A stretch of DNA of 30,459 nt from positions 1 through 30,459 of the forward strand of contig JBKCUU010000055.1 in NCBI GenBank assembly GCA_046318155.1, read 5' to 3'. Under the pieces are notes generated by a model, which worked only from the letters and a program-made list of their open reading frames with translations, did not search any database and had not been told where the DNA came from. The translations under genes were made by a program, and so were the position numbers. This DNA comes from Bdellovibrio sp. Its GTDB lineage: Bacteria > Bdellovibrionota > Bdellovibrionia > Bdellovibrionales > Bdellovibrionaceae. Below, one piece after another: positions 8,981 to 17,821 of the stretch (its first letter is position 1; the number at the start of each line of letters is the position of its first letter).

Positions 8981-9132
8981 CTTGAGGCCCCACTTATAAC
9001 TCAAAATTCTAGTCAGCTTATGGTTTGGAGTCAAGCTTCATGCCAACATGACAACTCGGGGCCTGATCCAAAGATTACAGAAAACGGGGCTGCCTCTTGT
9101 GGAAAAACAGCTCGCGTGAGACTTAACTCCCT

Positions 9133-10053
9133 ATGAAAAACATCTTATTTGCCTTGGTTCTTTTGTCGTCGGTGATGGCCAACTCCCAATCCACGGAGCG
9201 CGATTTTAGAGCCGAAATCAGTACCGCCTTGTTGATCCAAGACCTCGATCTGTCGCAACCAGCTCGTCTGACCCGAGTTGACCTCAGCTCAGACTCAGAT
9301 GCCGACTACGTTTCGATTCGGCTCGAGCACCCACGTGCAGGTCAAATCAATTTGCTGCTTAGAGGTCCGACCGGCTTTATGAGTGCAAATCACCGTTCGC
9401 TCAGATCACTGCTTCTTGTCTCTGGTTTTTTTACCGGTAAAGAAAGCGTGCGACTCTTGGAAGCGATTCCTCGCACCGTGATTGTTGGGTATCAATATCC
9501 TTACAAAGCCGACGATTTTGCTCGAGATCCTGCCTTGATCGCGCAGTTCCTACGTCAGACTCCCGGGCAAATAGCCCTCGCCTTGCAGTGGATCTCGGGA
9601 CAACCCTGGGCCGCGCCCAAAGGTTTAATCACAGCTGGTGTGAGCCTCGGCGGACTTATTCTTCCCACGGCTTTGCACATGGCTCAAAAAATGAACGTGC
9701 AGATCCCTCGCACCGTTTTTGTTTGCACGGGCGCCCACCTCACTCCCATTTTGGAATCGTTGCTGCGCCCCTCTCTCGGAAACGCCAAGGCCCGCCAAAT
9801 CGCCATGGGTGTTGCCAACCTCACCGCCTTGCACGATCCCAAGCTGCATTTGCCCTATCTCAAAGGCTCATTTTTGAGTATTCGGACCGACCGAGACCAA
9901 GTCATTCCCGAGAGTTCGACGCTTTTGCTTGAAGATCTCTTACCCGTCGTGACCAGCGTCGTGCTGCCAGGGCCCCACATCAACCCCGACCAAACAGAAG
10001 TCATTCGCCAAACGCGCGAAACAATTCTGCGTTGGCTAAACCCAGCACCTTGA
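9133..10053 (+). CDS. Secreted alpha/beta hydrolase
   Basis: Signal peptide; nucleophile elbow GVSLGG; DQVIP (Asp) and GPHI (His) in canonical order. Confidence 0.82.
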   Translation: MKNILFALVLLSSVMANSQSTERDFRAEISTALLIQDLDLSQPARLTRVDLSSDSDADYVSIRLEHPRAGQINLLLRGPTGFMSANHRSLRSLLLVSGFFTGKESVRLLEAIPRTVIVGYQYPYKADDFARDPALIAQFLRQTPGQIALALQWISGQPWAAPKGLITAGVSLGGLILPTALHMAQKMNVQIPRTVFVCTGAHLTPILESLLRPSLGNAKARQIAMGVANLTALHDPKLHLPYLKGSFLSIRTDRDQVIPESSTLLLEDLLPVVTSVVLPGPHINPDQTEVIRQTRETILRWLNPAP

Positions 10054-10064
10054 AGGAGCACAAA

Positions 10065-10280
10065 ATGCAAAAATCCGAATCCACAAATAGCAATCAGACC
10101 GTCAGCACAAACGTGGGCATAAAAGGCGTGATTCTTTCCGCGACGTCGCGAGAGAACCTCTGCGAGCGTTTTGGCTGCTCATGGACAAGGCTGATCGAAT
10201 TCCTTGAGACCGAAGAACTACTTTCGGACAAAGACGTCAGCCTCAAACTTCTTCAACTCCAACGCGAACGCATTCACTAG
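10065..10280 (+). CDS. Small hypothetical protein
   Basis: AAGGAG RBS before ATG 10065; 71 aa. Confidence 0.55.
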   Translation: MQKSESTNSNQTVSTNVGIKGVILSATSRENLCERFGCSWTRLIEFLETEELLSDKDVSLKLLQLQRERIH

Positions 10281-10293
10281 GGTACAGCCGTCC

Positions 10294-10326
10294 GGCCGGC
10301 ACCTCAAAACCCGTGCCGCCATTTTG
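10294..10326 (+). terminator. Possible intrinsic terminator
   Basis: CGGCAC (10297-10302) pairs with GTGCCG (10313-10318), followed by CCATTTTG; long loop and weak U tract. Confidence 0.3.
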
Positions 10327-10352
10327 CAAAGTCCTTGACCCAGAGGCGCAAA

Positions 10353-11321
10353 ATGACCGGCGAGAACCTTCAAATTCAACCTAACGCAAAAGGACTGCTC
10401 GTTTGGGCAGCATTTGCCGTTTTGACTCTTTCAGCATGCGCGAAAAATGGCTACAACACGAAAAGTTTACCAAACGAAACTCCCGCGATCCCTGCACCGG
10501 TTGGCCCTGGAGAAAAACCCCTTGTTACAGCTCCCCCCGAGGCTTCAAGACGAACGGAGAAAATAGAGCCGCCGGCGCCGGAAAAAGCTGAACGAAATGC
10601 GCCGCCGCCGCCGGCACCACCGCCGCAGGCAAGCCTTGAACGAAATGCGCGTCCTCCCAATTCGGCTCGGCTTGACACCAACCCTGAACCTGAATTTGAT
10701 CCCCCTTATCGCCCTCGCGAGCCGGCTCCTCCGCCTGCGCCGAATTACCGACATGAACCCCTGTCGTGGGAGTCGGTTTCAAAACCTGAGCGCAAAGGAT
10801 GGTCGAATTTTGTGCACCAAGAGGTTGAAAAAAATTTCGAAATTTTGGACAAGGCACGAGACACCGAAAGATTTTGCCGACGCTATGAATCTTTAAGTCG
10901 CCCGGCGCGGATTAACTTTTGGGGGATGCTGATTTCTCAAATGGCTTTGCACGAGAGCAGTTGGAATCCAACCTTGAGCGTTCTTGAAACGACGATGGGA
11001 CTGGACAAGACCACCGGCAAGCGCGTCTTTAGTGAGGGTCTTCTTCAACTGTCGTATCAGGACATGACTTGGACCAGGCGCTGTAAGTTTGACTGGGAAG
11101 CCGATAAAATTTTAGGTCAACGAGATCCCAGAAAAACGATTCTTGATCCCTACCGCAATCTCGAGTGCGGCATCGAGATTATGACACGGCAAGTTCGCAG
11201 ACACCGCCGCATCGTGATGGAGAACAATGTCTACTGGGCTGTTTTACGTGAAGGCGGAAAATACAATAAAATTCCGGCCATCGCGATGGCAGTTGCGATA
11301 CACCTGAAGGCCTGCAATTAA
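10353..11321 (+). CDS. Lipoprotein with a Pro-rich linker and a lytic transglycosylase (SLT) domain
   Basis: Lipobox LSAC; Pro-rich linker; SLT motifs ALHESSWNP (catalytic Glu), SEGLLQL, LDPYRNLECG. Start uncertain (10335 TTG or 10353 ATG). Confidence 0.85.
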   Translation: MTGENLQIQPNAKGLLVWAAFAVLTLSACAKNGYNTKSLPNETPAIPAPVGPGEKPLVTAPPEASRRTEKIEPPAPEKAERNAPPPPAPPPQASLERNARPPNSARLDTNPEPEFDPPYRPREPAPPPAPNYRHEPLSWESVSKPERKGWSNFVHQEVEKNFEILDKARDTERFCRRYESLSRPARINFWGMLISQMALHESSWNPTLSVLETTMGLDKTTGKRVFSEGLLQLSYQDMTWTRRCKFDWEADKILGQRDPRKTILDPYRNLECGIEIMTRQVRRHRRIVMENNVYWAVLREGGKYNKIPAIAMAVAIHLKACN

Positions 11322-11340
11322 GCCAGGCCTTCGGGACTTC

Positions 11341-11682
11341 TTAGCAGCCCGAACCTTCCATGACAATTTCATGCATCACGCGGTTTTGCGTGTCGATGAT
11401 CATGAGTGATGGAAAAATCACTCCGCACTGAACCGCACCCTTAGGGCTTACGCCGTAACGAACAGACTTGATCGAGCGCAGGACTTGAAAAGCCCGTTTA
11501 GTTTTGAGCATGCCCTCAGCAAATTTAATTTTATCGGCATCGGTCTGGTCGCCCTCTTCAAGAGCCGTTTCAAGCGCGCCTTCGATGTAGCTCTCACGCA
11601 GAGCAAATTCACGGAGCATGTCTTTGGCCTCACCAGGAGTCACTGTGTGAGTACTCGAACCCTCCGCAATCGAGGCGATCAA
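11341..11682 (-). CDS. Hypothetical protein, probably 5'-truncated
   Basis: Protein-like frame ending ...EGSGC*. The frame stays open upstream of the TTG to an in-frame TGA, with no good RBS or ATG. Confidence 0.45.
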   Translation of the reverse strand: MIASIAEGSSTHTVTPGEAKDMLREFALRESYIEGALETALEEGDQTDADKIKFAEGMLKTKRAFQVLRSIKSVRYGVSPKGAVQCGVIFPSLMIIDTQNRVMHEIVMEGSGC

Positions 11683-11906
11683 ATCAGCCGCTGCGGCAAT
11701 ACGCTCAGCAATTGCAGGGGCTTTCGCCCTTGTTTGTTCCAGGCATCAGTAATGCCTTCGCTCAAAAAAGAGAAAGACATAATGAAATATTATAGATGCG
11801 TATTACGCATGATTACGGAGGGACGGACCAGACCCGGATCACGCGAAACTCGAACTTAAAATATATTTTGAATTAGAATAAATGCACGTTGAGCTTCGCC
11901 CCGCTT

Positions 11907-12473
11907 TTAATGACGAGGGCAGCGGCCTTGGCTCTGGCACTTCATCAACAGGCCACGAAGATCCATCAGCTCACCCAACGTGTTTTCGAGCTCGATATCA
12001 AAGCCGTTGGCCTTGGCACCTTTTTGCGCGATCGCAACATATCTTTGAACGTTGCGAAATTGACGGGTGTCGTATTGGTGGTTGTCACCATCTTGCATCG
12101 AGATTTTACGACCCAAGTTTTTTTGAAAACGTTGACGCTGATCGTGAGCCTTGGCGCGAGCGCCCGAGAAGCTCTTCCAGCATTTCACTTCGCCCACCAA
12201 GACGGCGTCTTGAGAACGCTTGTCAAAGATGACAACATCAAGCTCACCAATCGTGCGGCTGCTATCTCCATAAACGATTCCATTGACGATGTCGTAATCT
12301 TTTGCGGGGTAGATTTTTTCAAGCTCGATCACGGCTACTTTTTCGCAAACCATACCGATGATGTCGTAATTCGCACCTGACTCTTTGAGCTCTTCAAAAA
12401 GCTCAGAAACAGGAGCCGCTGACACGAGGTTTGAAAACGAAAATACCAAGAGAAAAAGCGACATGCTTTTCAT
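11907..12473 (-). CDS. Secreted PD-(D/E)XK-fold putative nuclease
   Basis: GGAGGA RBS; signal peptide MKSMSLFLLVFSFSNLVSA; GMVCEKVA ... IGELDVVIFD ... LVGEVKCW gives the E / D / ExK active-site pattern. Confidence 0.75.
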   Translation of the reverse strand: MKSMSLFLLVFSFSNLVSAAPVSELFEELKESGANYDIIGMVCEKVAVIELEKIYPAKDYDIVNGIVYGDSSRTIGELDVVIFDKRSQDAVLVGEVKCWKSFSGARAKAHDQRQRFQKNLGRKISMQDGDNHQYDTRQFRNVQRYVAIAQKGAKANGFDIELENTLGELMDLRGLLMKCQSQGRCPRH

Positions 12474-12481
12474 AAAAAACG

Positions 12482-12550
12482 TCCTCCGTAGACACTCATT
12501 TACGGCGAGTGGTAGAAACGCCAGGCCCTATCCCCGGCTTATACTTAGAA
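12482..12550 (-). promoter_or_regulatory. Purine-family riboswitch aptamer (guanine-type, C74), copy 2; probable translational OFF switch
   Basis: Minus strand reads UUCUAAGUA UAA GCCGGG GAUAGGG CCUGGC GUUUCUAC CACUCG CCGUAAA UGAGUG UC UACGGAGGA. C74 equivalent at 12491. The 3' strand of P1 contains GGAGGA (12487-12482), 8 nt before ATG 12473. Confidence 0.93.
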
Positions 12551-12744
12551 ACCTGGCCCACGAGATAAACGAGATCTTAACAAGAGGCTAGCGACTTTTG
12601 TGCGTTGTGCGTCAAGACAGGCGCGCCCGAATCCACGAAACCACGGGGGCTCTCGGTGATAATGCTTGCCTCTCACAATCATGATATCATTTTGATCAAA
12701 GATTTTGCCGGTATCAACACTCGACCCCACCCGTTGGATCAACC

Positions 12745-13932
12745 ATGAAAATCCGTGTCCCGTTAAAGCAAGAAATTAAGCGCCTCAGTTATTTGTTTGT
12801 CTTACTCTATCTTGCAACGATCGCTCTTCTTGCAGGCCTTTTTGTCTTGGGTCATCACAACGATCAGGTCCGGCTTGCCAGCTCTTATTCGAGGGCCTCG
12901 AAAGACAGTCTTATTACTCTCGATTTGCGCCAGGCAATTGTGATCCTCAATCCAGCCTTGCAAGATGGCTTTACGGCCATCGCAATTCGCGACCACCGCG
13001 AGACGTTAAGAGCGGGTCTTCCCAAAGAATCGGCGCTGGAAGACTCGGGTGATCCCTTTGACGTCAGAATCCGCATGAACATTCAAGTGGGTAATTCCGG
13101 CACCGCTGCAGAAACGATTGCGATTTTGGATTTTCACTACTCGATTTTGACCCAGCTCTTGTTCGCCGCGATCGCCTCGCTGCTGATGTCAGGGGTTGTT
13201 TTTTTCTTTTTTAGGCGCGGTATCCGCAACCTTGAACGCAAACATTTTGATGATCTTGAAGCCCAAAAAACAGAACTCCTGGCGTGGGTCGCTCTGCAGG
13301 TCTCGCATGACATGAAGAGTCCCTTGGGAGTTTTAACGACGCTGGCCCAAACGGCAGGACCCGGGCTTCCCGAACCGGACCGGCAGAAGATCATCGAGGC
13401 CTCGAAGCGAATCTCTGACATTACTGGTGATCTCCTGAGTAAAGCACGCGGCCTGAGTCAGCCTTTGGCCGCGCCTGTGGCCAGGTCGCACATGCGTGAG
13501 CTTCACATCTCAGATTCGATGAACCGCATTACGGCCGAAAAAATTGCCGAGTACAAAGGCCGAGCCGGCCTTGAAATCGAAGCCTACATCCCAACTGACA
13601 TTACAGTTTTGTCACGACTGAGTGAGAAAGAGCTGGGCCGAATTATTTCAAACATGGTGAACAATAGCGCCGAAGCCTTGCCTGAGGGTGGTTTGATCAA
13701 AGTCGTTCTTCGCGAAAACAAAACCAATGTGAGCGTTCAAGTTTCTGATGACGGCAAGGGGATGACGTCCGAGATTTTAGAAAAGGTGGCAACGGGCGGT
13801 TTTTCGAATGGCAGCGGGCATGGACTGGGACTCAGTCATGCGCGCGCCGCGATCGAAGAAGCGGGCGGAAAGCTCGACATTATTTCAACCCCGGGTGCTG
13901 GAACCATCATTACGATTCAACTACCCAAGTAA
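12745..13932 (+). CDS. Membrane sensor histidine kinase (orphan)
   Basis: Two TM helices; H-box SHDMKSPL; N-box NMVNNSAEA; DDGKG; GHGLGL. Confidence 0.92.
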   Translation: MKIRVPLKQEIKRLSYLFVLLYLATIALLAGLFVLGHHNDQVRLASSYSRASKDSLITLDLRQAIVILNPALQDGFTAIAIRDHRETLRAGLPKESALEDSGDPFDVRIRMNIQVGNSGTAAETIAILDFHYSILTQLLFAAIASLLMSGVVFFFFRRGIRNLERKHFDDLEAQKTELLAWVALQVSHDMKSPLGVLTTLAQTAGPGLPEPDRQKIIEASKRISDITGDLLSKARGLSQPLAAPVARSHMRELHISDSMNRITAEKIAEYKGRAGLEIEAYIPTDITVLSRLSEKELGRIISNMVNNSAEALPEGGLIKVVLRENKTNVSVQVSDDGKGMTSEILEKVATGGFSNGSGHGLGLSHARAAIEEAGGKLDIISTPGAGTIITIQLPK

Positions 13933-14036
13933 GCAGGGGCTTTATTTTAAGAGGGCACTTCAAGTTTGTCGCGCTTGTCGCGCTGCGCAGTCTTTCTCAT
14001 GAGCCGTGATGGTGGGAGTGCCAAAGCAAATCACTC

Positions 14037-14291
14037 TTGCTAGACTTTTCAAAAGTGGGCTCGATAACTGTCGTCCTCGTCATGATGTTCATCACTCGAG
14101 TCAAGGCCCTGAAGAGCGGACAAATCCCCATGGATTATTTTCGAACCTACTCGATGACCATCGACATTCCCGCCGCCGCTCTCCAGGCCCAAAATCACTT
14201 CAAAAATCTATTCAAGGTCCCCGTCTTGTTTTATGCCGGATGCCTGACGGCGATGAGCTCTTTTTACTCTCCAAGCGCTTCGCGAACTTGA
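14037..14291 (+). pseudogene. MAPEG-family membrane protein fragment
   Basis: VVLVMMFITRVKALKSG...QNHFKNLFKVPVLFYAGCL resembles MAPEG N-x-x-NLFE-x-PVLFY, but the Glu is Lys here (AAG). The C-terminal helices are missing and the start is poor. Confidence 0.65.
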
Positions 14292-14566
14292 GAAAAAAGA
14301 ACGGCGTCGTCTGGCGCTGGGCTTGGCGCGACCTGATTCAACAAGAGCTCTGCGGGTGTTCGCATGTTATCAACGGCACGTTTCATATCCGCGAGGATCC
14401 TCGTCTTTTCATCGACAAGAATAGCTTGTTGAATTTCGCCGACAAAATCACGTCCCATGGCATACCCTTGCTGACCAACAAGTCGCCCCGCATGCTGCTC
14501 ATAATACGAATTCGTTGGCCATTCTCCCGGGTTTTTTGATAAAAGAAAGCATGAAGAACCAATCAA
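14264..14566 (-). CDS. Hypothetical protein or 3' gene remnant
   Basis: Protein-like helical composition in the last ~65 codons; no clear start. Confidence 0.3.
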   Translation of the reverse strand: MIGSSCFLLSKNPGEWPTNSYYEQHAGRLVGQQGYAMGRDFVGEIQQAILVDEKTRILADMKRAVDNMRTPAELLLNQVAPSPAPDDAVLFSQVREALGE

Positions 14567-15111
14567 TTTTTATTTTTGTGCTTCCACTTTTTTTGAGCCT
14601 TCAAGGATGTCAATCCATGCCAACAAATCTGCCTCCTCAGCCCACGGTCGAACATGTCGAAATTCCCCGCTTTATGGGAACCTGGTATGTGATTGCGACA
14701 ATCCCAACGATGTTCGAAACAGGCGCCCACAATGCCGTCGAAACCTACACGTGGAATGAATCTGAAAATCGCGTCGACGTCGATTTTAGATTTCGCAAAG
14801 ATGCTTTTGACGGAAAAGAAAAAGCCATTCCACAAAAAGGTTTTATTTACAATCAAACCACAAAAGCCGAATGGCGCATTCAACCGTTTTGGCCGTTGAG
14901 CTTTGCCTATCTGATCGTCGACCTTGCGCCGGATTACTCGGATACCATCATCGGCGTCCCCAACCGCAAATATGTTTGGATCATGGCACGGCAGCCGCAA
15001 ATGCAGGCCGACCGCTACCAGGCGCTCGTGACTAAGGTTCAAACTCTGGGGTACGACATCTCGAAGCTGATTCTAGTGCCGCAGCAACCATTATCCGAAC
15101 GGCAAAAATAA
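14551..15111 (+). CDS. blc: Bacterial lipocalin (Blc-like lipoprotein)
   Basis: Lipobox LQGC; RFMGTWYVIA, APDYS and VWIMAR lipocalin motifs. Confidence 0.9.
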   Translation: MKNQSIFIFVLPLFLSLQGCQSMPTNLPPQPTVEHVEIPRFMGTWYVIATIPTMFETGAHNAVETYTWNESENRVDVDFRFRKDAFDGKEKAIPQKGFIYNQTTKAEWRIQPFWPLSFAYLIVDLAPDYSDTIIGVPNRKYVWIMARQPQMQADRYQALVTKVQTLGYDISKLILVPQQPLSERQK

Positions 15112-15156
15112 GCGATCGAAATGAGATGGTCCCGGCCTGAAGATCTCGAGCCAGGG

Positions 15157-15798
15157 CTAGTGCGGCTGCTGAACAAAAAGAAAATAGTCTTTTTCGTTGT
15201 AGCGACGAGCAAAGAAGTAGAGCTCGTTGGGTTTTTTCATTTTTCGCTTTGATTCACGAATCGCCAAAGGAATGAGGCACTCGGTCGTTGTCAGGCGCTT
15301 GAGATTCTCGCAGGCCTCGGGCACGAGCTCCTGACCCGTAAACGGGACCCAAGTCAGCGTAAAAAAAGGCCGCCCTAGCGGACGCAGCTTTTGATCAATA
15401 AACGGATTGGCCCGAAGCTCGTGCGCCTGAGCCGAATTGACCAGGAGCCAACAAGGTGCGGGGCATTGACGAAGCTGCTCGAGTGTCAAGGCTTCGGCAT
15501 CTCGAAGGACCGTCACCGTTTTATTAAAAGTCCCCTCGTACCTGGCCCGAGTGAGCGCCATGGTTGCCGTCGCTTCACCAGACTCGGGAGTCACGCCCCA
15601 GAGAATGTAGTCGGCATTTTTGAATTCTGAGTAAAACCGAGTCACAAGTCCGTAAGCAATGTTTTGATGATCGGGACTAATCATCGACGGCGCAATCAAG
15701 GGCTCTGATCGCATACTAACGCCTCCGATGGCCAGGTAAGCCATGCACGCCGAAACAATCAGAAAGCCAAAAACAAGAAGTGCCCAGACCTTTTTCAT
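15157..15798 (-). CDS. Hypothetical exported or membrane-anchored protein
   Basis: 213-aa ORF with an N-terminal hydrophobic helix and Cys pairs. Confidence 0.75.
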   Translation of the reverse strand: MKKVWALLVFGFLIVSACMAYLAIGGVSMRSEPLIAPSMISPDHQNIAYGLVTRFYSEFKNADYILWGVTPESGEATATMALTRARYEGTFNKTVTVLRDAEALTLEQLRQCPAPCWLLVNSAQAHELRANPFIDQKLRPLGRPFFTLTWVPFTGQELVPEACENLKRLTTTECLIPLAIRESKRKMKKPNELYFFARRYNEKDYFLFVQQPH

Positions 15799-15866
15799 GG
15801 GCCGAGGTCTAACACCCGATTCGTGATTTGTGAATCAGACGGCGCGGCAAAAGTCGATGCCCCCTG

Positions 15867-16211
15867 TTAGCTGGCAATTTTATAAAGGGTTCCAGGGCCC
15901 GCACCGGTCTTCTCAAGGCGAAACTGCTGGACACCCCAAGCATCCAAGCGCTTAAAGGAGGTGACCGAGATCCCGAGCGTTTTCGACGCTTCGGCCGAAG
16001 TAAAGTATTGTCCAGGGCGATAAACTTGACCCAACTCAAGCAGCCGAACAGACTCAGCGCTCGGAGCCCCGTGGGCTAATGCAATGCGAACTCCAAAAAC
16101 TCCTGTGATCTTGATCGAGTAGTGACCCCTGTCTTCAACAATTTCGATCGGAATTTGATGAGCCTCAAGCCATTCGCGTGTTCGCCAGATGAGCTGGTGC
16201 ACCCGGGTCAC
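15867..16211 (-). pseudogene. C-terminal winged-HTH fragment of a probably larger regulator
   Basis: RVHQLIWRTREWL...GHY resembles the end of an OmpR-type wHTH, followed by FTSAEASKTLGISVTSFKRL...GAGPGTLY (second wHTH). An in-frame TGA lies just upstream of the GTG, with no RBS. Confidence 0.5.
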
Positions 16212-16506
16212 TTGCGCATTCTTTCAATGAGGGATGGGCAGCAAGGAAACGCAGCCGATTACACTCTCCCGTTAAGCTTATCAGCCTCTGCCACGGCTGC
16301 GGCACCCGAATAAATGCAATCCCTAGCTACCAGCTGCAAGCGCGGCACTGGCGACGTGATGATGACCTGCCCGCGCAGGCGTTTTCGAGCAGCAATTTGA
16401 CTGGTCGCTCTGAACGCCACTTGACTTGCCCCGGTGCGGGCTTCCATTCTGCCGGTATAAAAACATTCTTATTGGAATTTGAGTGTTCCCGAAACAAGCT
16501 CACTTC

Positions 16507-17319
16507 ATGTCAAAACTCAATCTTGAAAAAATCAATCCGTCTCAATACCCCCTCGTCAAAGATAAAGAAGAGGCACTTAAACTCACGGACGGTCTTCAAA
16601 AAGAACTTTACGACCTGCTTTATCTGATGTTTGCGCATGGTCACTACTCCTTGCTCATTATTTTTCACGGCATCGATACGGCTGGCAAAGATGGCAGCGT
16701 GCGGCATATTTTTTCGGGCGCAAACCCCCAGGGGCTTCGGGTGTTCTCATTTAAAAAACCAACAGATGAAGAGCTGCGCCACGACTTTTTGTGGCGTTGT
16801 CATCGGCATACACCCGAAAGTGGCTTGGCCACCATTTTTAACAGGTCCTACTATGAAGAGGTCACCACAGTCCAAGTTCACCCCGAACTTCTTAAACGAC
16901 AATTCATTCCAGACGAACTCTTGAAGAGACCTGATTTTTTTCAACGGCGCTATCAGCGCATTAATGATTTTGAACTGCTGCTCTCCGAAAAAGGCACGAT
17001 CGTCGTTAAGTTTTTTTTGCACATTTCAAAAGACGAACAAAAAGAGCGAATTGATGCTCGCCTTGCAGACTTGAGCAAAAACTGGAAGTTCTCGGTCGAC
17101 GACGTCAAAGAGCGTAAGCTTTGGGACAAGTACATGATGGCATTTCAAAAAATGCTCAAAGCCACATCGACAACGCATGCCCCGTGGATTGTCGTTCCGG
17201 CTGATAACAAATGGTATCGCAACTACATCATCTCGAAAACTTTGGTCGAAAACCTCAAAGAACTGAAGATGAAATTTCCTAGAGCCAAAAATTTGAGGCA
17301 ATCTGACCCATTTCCTTAA
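16507..17319 (+). CDS. ppk2: Polyphosphate kinase 2 family protein (polyP:nucleotide phosphotransferase, class III-like)
   Basis: Walker A GIDTAGKDG; SFKKP...HDFLWR; FNRSYYEEV; KFFLHISKDEQ; WKFS; APWIVVPADNKW. Confidence 0.93.
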   Translation: MSKLNLEKINPSQYPLVKDKEEALKLTDGLQKELYDLLYLMFAHGHYSLLIIFHGIDTAGKDGSVRHIFSGANPQGLRVFSFKKPTDEELRHDFLWRCHRHTPESGLATIFNRSYYEEVTTVQVHPELLKRQFIPDELLKRPDFFQRRYQRINDFELLLSEKGTIVVKFFLHISKDEQKERIDARLADLSKNWKFSVDDVKERKLWDKYMMAFQKMLKATSTTHAPWIVVPADNKWYRNYIISKTLVENLKELKMKFPRAKNLRQSDPFP

Positions 17320-17434
17320 AACGTGGGTTCTTCTGACCCTTGTTTGCCTCAGAGCGCGAACCTGTTCGACTTCGATTCGGGCCACTCTTTGCAACGTCAG
17401 CGACGCGACCTCAACTTAAACTCAATGGAGTCTC

Positions 17435-17821
17435 ATGAAAACTTACGTTGTCTGGCTCAATTCAAAGAATGCACAGATTTTTAGGCTCGATCCAGCTGGT
17501 GTCGACAAATTGACCGTCACGAAAAAGGTCAAGGAATCGAGGCATCCACAGTATGTTGAAGACAAAGATTTGGGCTCTTCCGAGTTTTATCGCGATGTGA
17601 CGACAAATCTGAAAGAGGCGGATCAAATTCTATTGATTGGCCCCGGGCTCGCGAAAAATCACTTTCAAACTTATCTAACGACTCATCAAACCCACACCTT
17701 GGCCAAAAAAGTCGTCGGTCTCGAAAAGTTTGAAAGCGATAAGCATAAATCGGACAAGCAATTGCTCGCTCGTGCCCACAAGTTTTTTAGAGCTTACGAT
17801 CTCTTTCACAATCCTATTTAA
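17435..17821 (+). CDS. eRF1-domain-2-like / host-attachment-family small protein
   Basis: GGAG RBS; VVWLNSKNAQIF ... FYRDV ... ILLIGPGLAKNHF pattern. Confidence 0.7.
   Translation: MKTYVVWLNSKNAQIFRLDPAGVDKLTVTKKVKESRHPQYVEDKDLGSSEFYRDVTTNLKEADQILLIGPGLAKNHFQTYLTTHQTHTLAKKVVGLEKFESDKHKSDKQLLARAHKFFRAYDLFHNPI

Noticed and set aside
10589..10650. 14-bp direct repeat TGAACGAAATGCGC
   Set aside because: Lies in the low-complexity Pro-rich linker of the SLT lipoprotein (ERNA twice); ordinary linker duplication.
11882..12380. Plus-strand ORFs 11882-12232 and 11889-12380
   Set aside because: Antisense shadows of the riboswitch-led gene, which has an RBS, a signal peptide and a catalytic motif.
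2049..12545. The two ~50-nt near-identical segments as mobile-element ends or CRISPR repeats
   Set aside because: Only two copies, in the same orientation, with no transposase or cas genes. Their differences are compensatory base-pair changes and they match the purine riboswitch consensus.
14006..14539. 177-aa plus-strand ORF
   Set aside because: No motif; it overlaps the MAPEG fragment in another frame.
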